This document shows, piece after piece, positions 18,071-26,570 of a DNA stretch of 40,811 bases. The notes beneath the pieces are model-generated. The model saw nothing but the letters and a program-made list of their open reading frames with translations. It searched no databases and was not told the DNA's origin. The stretch spans positions 1 through 40,811 of the IMG/VR virus record IMGVR_UViG_3300030433_002499, one strand, 5' to 3'. This stretch comes from a virus (Duplodnaviria > Caudoviricetes). Position numbers and translations under genes: made by a program. The first letter of the stretch is position 1. Each line of letters begins with the position of its first letter.

Positions 18071-20590
18071 ATGCGCCTCTCAAACATTGAGAAGGATAAG
18101 CGTCCTTCGGAAGAGATTCTTCGCTTGTTTGAGAAAACGAGAGTGGCTTATCTCTCTGCCGCCAACGACCCAAAAGAATACGGGGGCCGATGGAGAAGCG
18201 CAGTGGATTCCATCATTGAGTCATATAATGAATTAGATGCCGCAGGCAACGAGATGAAAGACTACATTTCGGAAAGCCTAATTGAGAGCAAGGACATTAA
18301 AGACCCTACAACCATCAAGGCGAAAGAATTGTTTGAAGGCATCAAGATGCTTCGCTATGCATCGGATTTGGTTCAAGACCCATTCGCTAAGAGATTCAAG
18401 GGTAAGGTTTTGGAGGCCTTACTTGAAAGCCCCGAGCAAATGGTCAAGTTTGTTCATTACGCTCTTAGAGACGACAAAGAACCTCTTCCCGAAGAAGTCT
18501 ATGCAATTAAAGACATTCCAGCCGACGATATTACTTATGGTTTAGAAGGGCTTGACCTAGAACCTGACGACATAGCCCTCTATATTATTGAGCATTACGG
18601 GGATGGAAAAGACTCTAAACGCACTGAAAAGGCCGTTGAATCTGCTATGGAGATGTTAGAACTCCTTATGCTTTCAAGATACGATAAAGAAGAGTTTATG
18701 GATTTGAGTGCCGTTGAGGGAGTCAATCCCCAAAGGGAAGCCAAGTCTCTAGAAATCAAGAAGGAAAAGAAATCCGAAGAAGAAAAGTCTCTAAGTGATT
18801 TTATTGTTCCGAATAAACCGATGTATCGTATCTTTGATATTGAAGATATTAATGAATTAAAAGGTTTTAGTGGAGAATGGTTTGTTCAAGAAAAGTATGA
18901 CGGCATGAGAATCCAATTACATAAGATTGATAACAATATTAAGGTATTCTCTTATAATAAGAAACTTATTACTGATAAATGTAAGGATATTGTTGATGAA
19001 TTAAAAGCGAAGCACTTTGGAGATTGTATTCTTGATGCTGAATTGATTCTGTTTGATGGGGAAGAGGCTCTGCATCGCGCAGACACTATCGCTCATGTGT
19101 TCAAGAATAAATACCCAAAGGCTACGCTTAAGTGCCATGTCTTTGACATTATGCGACATGAGAATCAAAACCTACTTGATGAAGAATTGGAAAACAGAAT
19201 GACAATCATGTTCAACAATTACGCTCAACACTCTGCCGATGTTCTCAAGTTTCCGTCAAAGAAAGATACTCGCAGGGCTGATAGTCTAAAGGATATTGCC
19301 GAATATGCAGAAAAAATCATGGAGATGCCTACCTCGGAAGGCGTAGTTATCAAGGATGCTACTTCTACTTACTACATCGGAACAAAGAAAAATCCCAAGT
19401 GGATTAAGTGGAAGAAGTTTGTAGATTTAGATGTTGTTGTTCTTGATAAAAAGAAAACTAAGAGCAACCTTTACTCATATACTGTCGGTGTTGGGCCTGT
19501 TGAAGAAGAGAATAAATTTACTCAAGAGGTTAATGGAATCAAATACATGAATGTCGGGAAAGCCCTTAATACAAAAATTTCTGTTGATGTTGGTGAAATT
19601 ATTCGTGTGAAGGTTGATGAGGTGAAGAACGCGGGAGATAGATACACTTTATTTTCTGCGAAAGTTATTGAAGTCCCAGAAGTGGAATATCCCGACAAAA
19701 TCGTAACTTTAGAATTATTGGCGCAAGACACCAAGAAGTCTCTTAACTATTCAATTGAAGGTTTAAAGAAAGGAATCAGTATTACTGACCATATTCATGG
19801 AACGGCCACTATTATTTGTAAATCTGATATGGGAGGATTTACTGTCTATGGTTTTGAAGAAGATAATCTTATGGCAAAGAACGCCGCTATTCATTTAGAT
19901 GATTGGAAATCCCAAGCAGAAGAAATTATGAAAACTAAGGCAGGAACCTTAACTACGGCCATTACAAATTACCTTCAAGACATGGGGCCAAAAACTGTAA
20001 AGGAAGTCCATAATTTCTTAATGTCTAAACACCGAAGTTTATATGAAGATGTTGTTGATGATGGCCTTAAGGGATTAAAAGAATGGGCAAACGCAAGAGA
20101 GCATATTGAATTTAAAGAAAATAAACTTCATGGTGATGCTATTCTTAAAGCAGAATATAAAACACCCGAAAAATACAGAGAAGGACAATTTAAGTTGTAT
20201 GCTCGCAAAGACGATAATCTCAATATGGTTATGAAACTTGGAGATGAAACAATCAATTGGGTGATTGATACACAAAACGAAGAGGAAATGTTTGACCTAT
20301 TCGGTGCGGCAGGGAAATATCCCGCCGAGGTTGCCCAAAACATTGACAGGGAAAAGACAGTGGATAGCGGAACAGTGAGACTTGGAATCCAAAGAGACGG
20401 CTACCATGAATATTTCTTGGAGGGAAATAAGTTTGAAACCAAATTCCATGTGCGATACCTTCCCGTTGGCGACAACAAAATGTGGTTAGCGTGGACAGGA
20501 TATGAACAAAAGCCAGCAGATAAAGAGGGCGACGAGGGTTTGTGGAACATCTATGAGGACAAATTTTCGGATAAGAAAATCCCAAGATAA
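18071..20590 (+). CDS. lig: ATP-dependent DNA ligase with N-terminal extension and C-terminal LigD-phosphoesterase-like domain
   Basis: Motif I EKYDGMR, III ILDAEL, IIIa HVFDIM, IV EGVVIKD and V WIKWKK, followed by an OB fold. Confidence 0.9.
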   Translation: MRLSNIEKDKRPSEEILRLFEKTRVAYLSAANDPKEYGGRWRSAVDSIIESYNELDAAGNEMKDYISESLIESKDIKDPTTIKAKELFEGIKMLRYASDLVQDPFAKRFKGKVLEALLESPEQMVKFVHYALRDDKEPLPEEVYAIKDIPADDITYGLEGLDLEPDDIALYIIEHYGDGKDSKRTEKAVESAMEMLELLMLSRYDKEEFMDLSAVEGVNPQREAKSLEIKKEKKSEEEKSLSDFIVPNKPMYRIFDIEDINELKGFSGEWFVQEKYDGMRIQLHKIDNNIKVFSYNKKLITDKCKDIVDELKAKHFGDCILDAELILFDGEEALHRADTIAHVFKNKYPKATLKCHVFDIMRHENQNLLDEELENRMTIMFNNYAQHSADVLKFPSKKDTRRADSLKDIAEYAEKIMEMPTSEGVVIKDATSTYYIGTKKNPKWIKWKKFVDLDVVVLDKKKTKSNLYSYTVGVGPVEEENKFTQEVNGIKYMNVGKALNTKISVDVGEIIRVKVDEVKNAGDRYTLFSAKVIEVPEVEYPDKIVTLELLAQDTKKSLNYSIEGLKKGISITDHIHGTATIICKSDMGGFTVYGFEEDNLMAKNAAIHLDDWKSQAEEIMKTKAGTLTTAITNYLQDMGPKTVKEVHNFLMSKHRSLYEDVVDDGLKGLKEWANAREHIEFKENKLHGDAILKAEYKTPEKYREGQFKLYARKDDNLNMVMKLGDETINWVIDTQNEEEMFDLFGAAGKYPAEVAQNIDREKTVDSGTVRLGIQRDGYHEYFLEGNKFETKFHVRYLPVGDNKMWLAWTGYEQKPADKEGDEGLWNIYEDKFSDKKIPR

Positions 20591-20599
20591 CCATGTTTC

Positions 20600-20606
20600 T
20601 TATATA
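20600..20606 (+). promoter_or_regulatory. Putative archaeal TATA box for the protease-capsid operon
   Basis: TTATATA in one of the few intergenic gaps, about 30 nt upstream of ATG 20636. Confidence 0.45.
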
Positions 20607-20626
20607 CTTGAAGTGATAACGAGGAA

Positions 20627-21823
20627 GTGTTGGAAATGTCCCTCCTACTGAAGAGAGAACAACCACAGGATTTCAGGATTCTCAAAAGCGACGACCTAAT
20701 GATTGGTGGATATGCAAGCATTGAAATTGTTGATAAGCAAAATGATTTAATCACACTCAAGGCATTAAACGAAGCAGTAGATAAATACATGGAAAACCCG
20801 AAGTTTAGAAATGTAATGACAAACCATTCAAATGTTCAAGTCGGAGAAGTTGTAAAATCATACCGAGACAAAAACGGAAAGTTATGGAAAACAGAAGTTG
20901 ATGATGTCGGGTTCTTTGTAGTAATCAAATTAAGAGATGATATTGAAAAGGCAAAGGAAATTAACCGAGGAATTAGAAAGGGTTCATTGAGGTCATTTAG
21001 TATCGGAGGACAAGCAATTCAAAAGGTTAAGAAAAACCATCCCGAATTAGGACAATATAACGAAATTAGTAAATTAGAATTACACGAAGTCACTATCTGC
21101 GAAAAAGGAATTAACCCAGAAGCAAAATTTGATATTTTGAAACAAGACAAAAAACAGGTGAAAAACATGAGCAAACTGGAAAAAGCACTGGAAGAGTTAG
21201 ACGCACTGATGAATGAAGTGAATACGCTCCGAAAGGAAGAAGAAGAAGAAGATATGGGCAAACTCGCTGAAGAGAAGATGATGCCTGAAAAGATGAAGGA
21301 CGATATGGAGGAGTCTATGGACACCGACCCCGAAGCCGAAAAGAAGGCTTATGTTTCTACTCTTGATGGCGCAGGTGTTGAAATTGGCGAACCTGCTGAC
21401 CGAATCGTTATTGACAACGGAAAGCCAAGAGCAACGGATATGCCCGTTGTTAAGGCGTTTGAGAACACTGAATTGGAAACTCTTGACCTTTCCGTTGGAA
21501 ACATTGAGAAGGCTTACGAGGCTTTCCGTCAAGAACAATTGGAGAAGTTAGCCTACGATAACCTCCAAAAGCAATTTGCCGCACGATTTGAGGCTGAAAA
21601 GCACACCCGAGAAGATATTCTCGCAAAGTCTCAATATGATGCCGCTTCCGAGATTGCTTCTCTTAAGGATGAATTTACCGCCCTCCGCAAGTCTTTGACC
21701 GCAGAGAAGGAAACCATTCTCAAGGCTCAAGAAGAAGCCACCATCAAACTCCCATCTATGGATGAATTAGCCGAAATGGATTGGAACCAAATCCATAAAA
21801 TGGCTTACGGAGGAAACCTTTGA
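20627..21823 (+). CDS. Prohead maturation protease (HK97-type) fused to a C-terminal scaffold region
   Basis: GYASIEIVDKQNDLI, catalytic His in NHS, Ser in SFSIGG, LHEVTICEKGINPEA; acidic coiled-coil C-terminal half; directly upstream of the capsid gene; start may be ATG 20636. Confidence 0.92.
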   Translation: MLEMSLLLKREQPQDFRILKSDDLMIGGYASIEIVDKQNDLITLKALNEAVDKYMENPKFRNVMTNHSNVQVGEVVKSYRDKNGKLWKTEVDDVGFFVVIKLRDDIEKAKEINRGIRKGSLRSFSIGGQAIQKVKKNHPELGQYNEISKLELHEVTICEKGINPEAKFDILKQDKKQVKNMSKLEKALEELDALMNEVNTLRKEEEEEDMGKLAEEKMMPEKMKDDMEESMDTDPEAEKKAYVSTLDGAGVEIGEPADRIVIDNGKPRATDMPVVKAFENTELETLDLSVGNIEKAYEAFRQEQLEKLAYDNLQKQFAARFEAEKHTREDILAKSQYDAASEIASLKDEFTALRKSLTAEKETILKAQEEATIKLPSMDELAEMDWNQIHKMAYGGNL

Positions 21824-21832
21824 GGTGATAAC

Positions 21833-23167
21833 ATGGTAGGATATATTAACACTATTGCAGACTTAGAAGCACAAACTTACGGCCTTAACTTTAATGGAGC
21901 AAACAATATGCTTCTTAAGACCGCTGGAACCGTTAGCGGTATTCATGGCGGACACGATGCCGCAACGCAGACTTCCCCAACCTCTGGTATTGCCGGAAAC
22001 CTTTACCAAGTCCTTTACGGACAGAAGGTTTGGTCTATGCTCAACCGTGAAGTGAACGCTCTTTCCGTTATGGCAAAGCGTCCTTACACTTCAAGCGGTT
22101 GGAGAGTCCTTTCAAAGCGTCCTGCTGGTGGAACGGGCAACACCCACGCCTTTACTCAAACTGGAACGGATTTGGCAGGAACCGATGCTCCACGCCTTGA
22201 CCATATCGGTGGTGTGCCTGAGAATGCATCTCTTTCAACCTCTGGTGATGGTTTAATCGCTATTGCCCCCGAATATTCTACGCTCTTTATGAGTCCAAAA
22301 ACCGTCGCTCATCAGTTTGATTTCAGCGAATTGGCTATGGAAATGGCTCAAATTGACGATGGAATTGGCGACATTAGAGCGCAAATGCGTGAGGATATGG
22401 GTAAGCACCATGCAGAGGCTCAAAACCTTATGATGCTTGCACCTCTTGAAGCATACCTTCAAGCCGATAAGACCAACGCCGCCGCAAACATTGAACGAAA
22501 CTACACCTCGCTTTACAAAATCATTTCGTCTAACGCTGAATTAGACCAAATGGACAGCGATAACTTCCCTGTTTCGTCCATTACCAACGACATTTCGGAA
22601 GCATACCACATTTACGGAACCAACCGTGATAGTGCTTCTTTCCTTGATTGTGTCGTTAATGGTGCTGACAGTTATGCTTCGGGTGGTTCTCGGCCATTTA
22701 CTTTGAGCATTCTCAACGCTACGCTTCGTGAATTGCGACAGAACGGTGGTTCTCCAAAGGTTATCCTTACTGGATATGACACCCTTCAAACGCTTTCCGA
22801 CCTGTTGCAGAGCCAAGAGCGATTCATGGACAGAAAGGAAATTGTGCCAACCGTGAACGGTGTTCGTGGTGTTAAGGGTGCAGAAGTCGGATTCCGTGTT
22901 GCCACTTATTACGACATTCCTTTGATTCCTGTTGCTCAAATGCAAAGCACTTCGGCTGACTCGGGAACCATCTCGGATATGCTTTTATTGGATACTGACC
23001 ACCTTTGGCTGGCCGTTATGAAGCCAACCCAATACTTTGAGGACGGTATTTCCAACGGAAACCCATTCGGTGTGGGCCAGTTAGGGAACCGCGCTCTTTA
23101 CCGCACGATTGCGGAAATGGGTTGTTCCTACTTCAAGGGTCAAGGCAAAATTACGAACCTTTCGTGA
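21833..23167 (+). CDS. Major capsid protein (HK97 fold)
   Basis: 444 aa directly after the protease; strong GAGGTGAT RBS; P-domain-like YYDIPLIPV...MLLLDTDHL; biased codon usage. Confidence 0.88.
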   Translation: MVGYINTIADLEAQTYGLNFNGANNMLLKTAGTVSGIHGGHDAATQTSPTSGIAGNLYQVLYGQKVWSMLNREVNALSVMAKRPYTSSGWRVLSKRPAGGTGNTHAFTQTGTDLAGTDAPRLDHIGGVPENASLSTSGDGLIAIAPEYSTLFMSPKTVAHQFDFSELAMEMAQIDDGIGDIRAQMREDMGKHHAEAQNLMMLAPLEAYLQADKTNAAANIERNYTSLYKIISSNAELDQMDSDNFPVSSITNDISEAYHIYGTNRDSASFLDCVVNGADSYASGGSRPFTLSILNATLRELRQNGGSPKVILTGYDTLQTLSDLLQSQERFMDRKEIVPTVNGVRGVKGAEVGFRVATYYDIPLIPVAQMQSTSADSGTISDMLLLDTDHLWLAVMKPTQYFEDGISNGNPFGVGQLGNRALYRTIAEMGCSYFKGQGKITNLS

Positions 23168-23177
23168 GGTGTTCTAA

Positions 23178-23516
23178 ATGACACATACCACAACGATTAT
23201 CGCAGACCATAAGGGCTTTACCGCCCCAAGAGTTAGCGGTGATGAATATTTCGTGGACTTTGTGGTAGATATTACCGCATATGTCCAAAATGGAATTACC
23301 ATCAATGCTTCCGATTTGGGTCTTGGTTCCATCAATTTGGCTTTGGTCACGGGCGTTGAAGAAATTGGACATTCTGCAAGAGCCGTGATTACTGCTGAAA
23401 CGGGCGCATACGAGAGCGCATCCTCCTTCAAACTGATTCTTTCTACGGGTTCCGCCCAACAAAGCGGAACTGGAAATGAAGGTAGTGTTCGCCTCCGTGT
23501 CTATGGAAACCTTTGA
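23178..23516 (+). CDS. Putative capsid decoration or minor head protein
   Basis: 112-aa beta-rich ORF immediately after the capsid gene; GAGGTG RBS. Confidence 0.55.
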   Translation: MTHTTTIIADHKGFTAPRVSGDEYFVDFVVDITAYVQNGITINASDLGLGSINLALVTGVEEIGHSARAVITAETGAYESASSFKLILSTGSAQQSGTGNEGSVRLRVYGNL

Positions 23517-23525
23517 GGTGTTAAT

Positions 23526-23852
23526 TTGGCTTTAGTCAAATTCTCTACGGGTAGCAATATCGGTAGATTAGAAACACCTTTTGGATTACTCCGAAGAAAC
23601 GGTGAGTTAGAAGTAGAAACATGGTGGGCCGTCGCTAAAATTGGCGACAGAAACCTTATGTTCACTTTTGTTGAGTCCGATAGAAGTTCTTTAAAAGAGA
23701 CAACCGAAAAACAATTGGTTGTTCTACGAAAGCAACTTGAAGAAGACCTTCCTGACACCTCTGCTCTTTGTGGTTTATTGCTTCCAAAAGCAAAGAGAAG
23801 CACCGTTAAGAAGAAGCCTACCAAAAAGGCTTCTTCCGCACTAAAGGAGTAG
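23526..23852 (+). CDS. Hypothetical protein
   Basis: GAGGTG RBS then TTG start; 108 aa with basic C-terminal tail. Confidence 0.65.
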   Translation: MALVKFSTGSNIGRLETPFGLLRRNGELEVETWWAVAKIGDRNLMFTFVESDRSSLKETTEKQLVVLRKQLEEDLPDTSALCGLLLPKAKRSTVKKKPTKKASSALKE

Positions 23853-23886
23853 GCGGAAAGCCTAAATATGGCCCCCTCAAGTGGGG
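23850..23886 (+). promoter_or_regulatory. Intergenic element: possible BRE/TATA (GGAAAG-CCTAAATA) overlapping two short hairpins
   Basis: TAGGC-GGAAA-GCCTA and CCCC-TCAAGT-GGGG inverted repeats in an intergenic gap. Confidence 0.3.
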
Positions 23887-23900
23887 AATGAAGAGAGGTT

Positions 23901-24227
23901 ATGCGTATGCCACAATGTCGTTCAAGTGGAGTCAAGACAGCCAATGCCGCTATTTTTGCGGGACAGGTGAGACTGATTTCAATTCATGCCGTCCTTACAG
24001 GGACAAAGCCGACAACAATTAAGGTCTTTGATAATGCTTCTGCCGCAAGCGGAACCGAATTAGCAAGAATGATTGTTGCTCAAACTGACCCTGCCGACCC
24101 TGCCGCAAGAACAGGGCCAGAAATGGCGGAATTTGATATGCATGGCGTTTTGGCTGTAAATGGTCTTTATTTGAGTATTTCCTCTGGAACGGGAGAAGGT
24201 GCGGCAGTTTCCGTTGAATTTAATTGA
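23901..24227 (+). CDS. Small beta-rich virion-like protein
   Basis: IKVFDNASAASGTELARM...GVLAVNGLYLS pattern typical of small phage structural beta-sandwich proteins. Confidence 0.6.
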   Translation: MRMPQCRSSGVKTANAAIFAGQVRLISIHAVLTGTKPTTIKVFDNASAASGTELARMIVAQTDPADPAARTGPEMAEFDMHGVLAVNGLYLSISSGTGEGAAVSVEFN

Positions 24228-24236
24228 GGTGATTTA

Positions 24237-24626
24237 ATGGCGGCTCTTAATCAAGACACCCGTTTAGTTATGACTATTCTCTTTGTTGGTGCATTAAGTG
24301 GAACCAATGTTTGGGCTTATGCGGCATTTGGAATGAATTTCCCATATGGCCCATTAGCGCATTCTGTTCTATTTGGCTTAGGAACGATTGGTGCAATCAT
24401 GGTAATGAAAGCAATTTTTGATTTGTCTTTAAATGATAGAATTGAGATGTGGCTTCTTGACCGTAAAATTGCGGCGTATTGGGAAAGAAAGGCTAGGGAT
24501 GAACAGCAGAAGCAAAAAATGCGAGAAAGCGCGAAGCAATTCACCACTTCTCCATTCTCTTACACCCCACCCGTTGAAACGGAAGAAAACACCATTGGGA
24601 GTGAATTTTTAGCCACGCTACAATGA
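24237..24626 (+). CDS. Membrane protein (two predicted TM helices plus coiled coil)
   Basis: Hydrophobic segments LVMTILFVGALSGTNVWAYAAFGM and SVLFGLGTIGAIMVMKAIF; GAGGTGAT RBS. Confidence 0.75.
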   Translation: MAALNQDTRLVMTILFVGALSGTNVWAYAAFGMNFPYGPLAHSVLFGLGTIGAIMVMKAIFDLSLNDRIEMWLLDRKIAAYWERKARDEQQKQKMRESAKQFTTSPFSYTPPVETEENTIGSEFLATLQ

Positions 24627-24635
24627 GGTGGTTAA

Positions 24636-24854
24636 ATGGTCTTTGGTGATTTAATCGGCTTTTCCGACTCGGATTACGCTTACAATCAACAAAGGGCGCA
24701 TTCTGCTGACATCTTCTTTTTGAAGATGAGGGCATGGTTTTGGGGTGCTTGTGCCTGTCTTTCAGGTTTCCTTGTTGGAAACATTCTTGGTGTTTTTGAT
24801 ATAAACATCATGGGTTTCCTGTTTGACACTTTGTTAAACGGGTGGGGGCATTGA
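24636..24854 (+). CDS. Small membrane protein
   Basis: AWFWGACACLSGFLVGNILGVFDINIMGFLF hydrophobic segment; GAGGTG RBS. Confidence 0.7.
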   Translation: MVFGDLIGFSDSDYAYNQQRAHSADIFFLKMRAWFWGACACLSGFLVGNILGVFDINIMGFLFDTLLNGWGH

Positions 24855-24855
24855 T

Positions 24856-25353
24856 ATGTGGTTTGATATTTTGAAGATTAATATTAAAAATTTAGCAGAT
24901 GCTAAGAGAATGACTCAAAGTTATCTTCCCGAAGAATTATATAATAATATACTTATTCCTGAAGAACAATACCAAGAATTAACTAGACAAGAACAATATA
25001 AATTACACACCAAATTATACCAATTTCTTACAAAGACAGTAGGTAAAGAAAATTTACCCCCAGAATTGAGAGAAAAAATTACTTTTCATAGAAAGATGCA
25101 GAATAGGTTAAAGTCAACAAAGGCTGAGCAATATACTTCTATTCAGCCAAATGCTGAATCTATGTTAGACCTTAGTGGTATAAGAACGACAAGAAGACCT
25201 TTACAAATGCCAAGAGTATCTTTAATTGATAACTACTTTCAAATGTATAGAAATCAAGGAAAAGGAATACCTACTCTTGAAGATATTAGGAGAGAAGAGG
25301 GACGACCACTTACTATTGATGAAGAAGAAGCGTATTATAGGCGGTTAAATTGA
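24856..25353 (+). CDS. Hypothetical protein with WxxILK leader and one His-repeat unit
   Basis: Starts MWFDILK; EEQYQELTRQEQYKLH...FHRKMQNRL. Confidence 0.7.
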   Translation: MWFDILKINIKNLADAKRMTQSYLPEELYNNILIPEEQYQELTRQEQYKLHTKLYQFLTKTVGKENLPPELREKITFHRKMQNRLKSTKAEQYTSIQPNAESMLDLSGIRTTRRPLQMPRVSLIDNYFQMYRNQGKGIPTLEDIRREEGRPLTIDEEEAYYRRLN

Positions 25354-26022
25354 ATGTCATTAATGACAGGCTTTGCTATCCTTGTCGGTGAAGCAATTAT
25401 AGGATTCTACAAAAAAGTTCACGCAATTAACTTTGGAGTTTATGGAGCAACAATGGTCGGCAAAACAACACTAAGCCATCAATTAAGAACGAGAGGAGAA
25501 GTCCCACAAATACAGGAAAGAACAGTTGGTCGTCATAGAGCATCAAGAAAAAACATTAAAATTGATGGAAATTCACACACGGTAAGAAGCGCAGACATTG
25601 GTGGAGAAGCAATTTACTGGAAAGAATGGGAAAAAGATATGCAGAATAGAAGAGTCAAGTATGTTATATTTATGATTGACCACAGGCATTTAGATAGCAA
25701 TTCAAACTTAGACCACCAATTGGCATGGAAATTTTTAGTAGATACAATCATTTCAAGCACATGGTCAAATGGCAAAAAGAAAAGAGATTCAGATTATCCA
25801 ATGGCAGTGGGGATTTGGGCAAATAAACATGACATATGGGGAAAGAAATATCCTTTAGAAAAAGACCAACCAATGGATAAGCATGAGATTTTTGAACCAT
25901 TCAAATATGGTATGAGAAAACTAAACGATAAAGGAATACCTTGCTTTAAGTATATTGTATCTGCAAAGTCGGAACCCGAAATGGTTTATAGAGGAATTAC
26001 CACAATGATAAAGGATTACTGA
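25354..26022 (+). CDS. Ras-superfamily small GTPase, Arf/Sar1-like
   Basis: G1 GATMVGKTT, G2 RTVG, G3 DIGG, G4 ANKHD, G5 SAK; hydrophobic N-terminal helix. Confidence 0.9.
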   Translation: MSLMTGFAILVGEAIIGFYKKVHAINFGVYGATMVGKTTLSHQLRTRGEVPQIQERTVGRHRASRKNIKIDGNSHTVRSADIGGEAIYWKEWEKDMQNRRVKYVIFMIDHRHLDSNSNLDHQLAWKFLVDTIISSTWSNGKKKRDSDYPMAVGIWANKHDIWGKKYPLEKDQPMDKHEIFEPFKYGMRKLNDKGIPCFKYIVSAKSEPEMVYRGITTMIKDY

Positions 26023-26027
26023 TTATT

Positions 26028-26570
26028 ATGTGGTTTAATATCATTAAGGCTCTCCAAAGAATTGCTCTTAGTAAAAACGATAAAATAATAAAAGGAAACA
26101 CAAGGCAAAGAGAGGGCTTTAAACCCAGAGGCTTATGGTATTCGTTTAGTTTAGGAAGTGGGTGGATGCAAAGGAATATTACTGATTATGGTTGGCTACG
26201 CTCATATAAATATATTTTGTATTTGGACACTTCACAATTAAACATTTTACAAATCAAAAATTTAGAAGATGCTAAAGACTTTCATGAAAAATTTGGTTTT
26301 AAAACTAGCCCTTATAGAGTATTAGCAAAGTGGGATATTGTCGCTCAAACATACGATGGAATAGAATTATTAAATTACGAATCGTGGGTAAGACCAGTTT
26401 ATTCGGTTAGCGAAGAAGAAGACGCTTTAATGGATATGTTTTACGGATGGGATATGGATTCAGGTTGTATCTGGAATACTCAAAATTTAGAAGTTAAAAA
26501 GGTTAAACCTCTTGAACAGAGGCACTACGATAAAGAAGATGAAGAGAGAAATAGATGGGGGACGATGTGA
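26028..26570 (+). CDS. Hypothetical protein with WxxIIK leader and enzyme-like motifs
   Basis: Starts MWFNIIK; KPRGLWYS, WDIVAQTYDGIEL and GWDMDSGCIWN motifs. Confidence 0.7.
   Translation: MWFNIIKALQRIALSKNDKIIKGNTRQREGFKPRGLWYSFSLGSGWMQRNITDYGWLRSYKYILYLDTSQLNILQIKNLEDAKDFHEKFGFKTSPYRVLAKWDIVAQTYDGIELLNYESWVRPVYSVSEEEDALMDMFYGWDMDSGCIWNTQNLEVKKVKPLEQRHYDKEDEERNRWGTM

Noticed and set aside
24237-24854. Calling the two membrane proteins a holin/antiholin pair
   Set aside because: Size and hydrophobicity fit, but no family motif or adjacent endolysin supports it; left as membrane proteins
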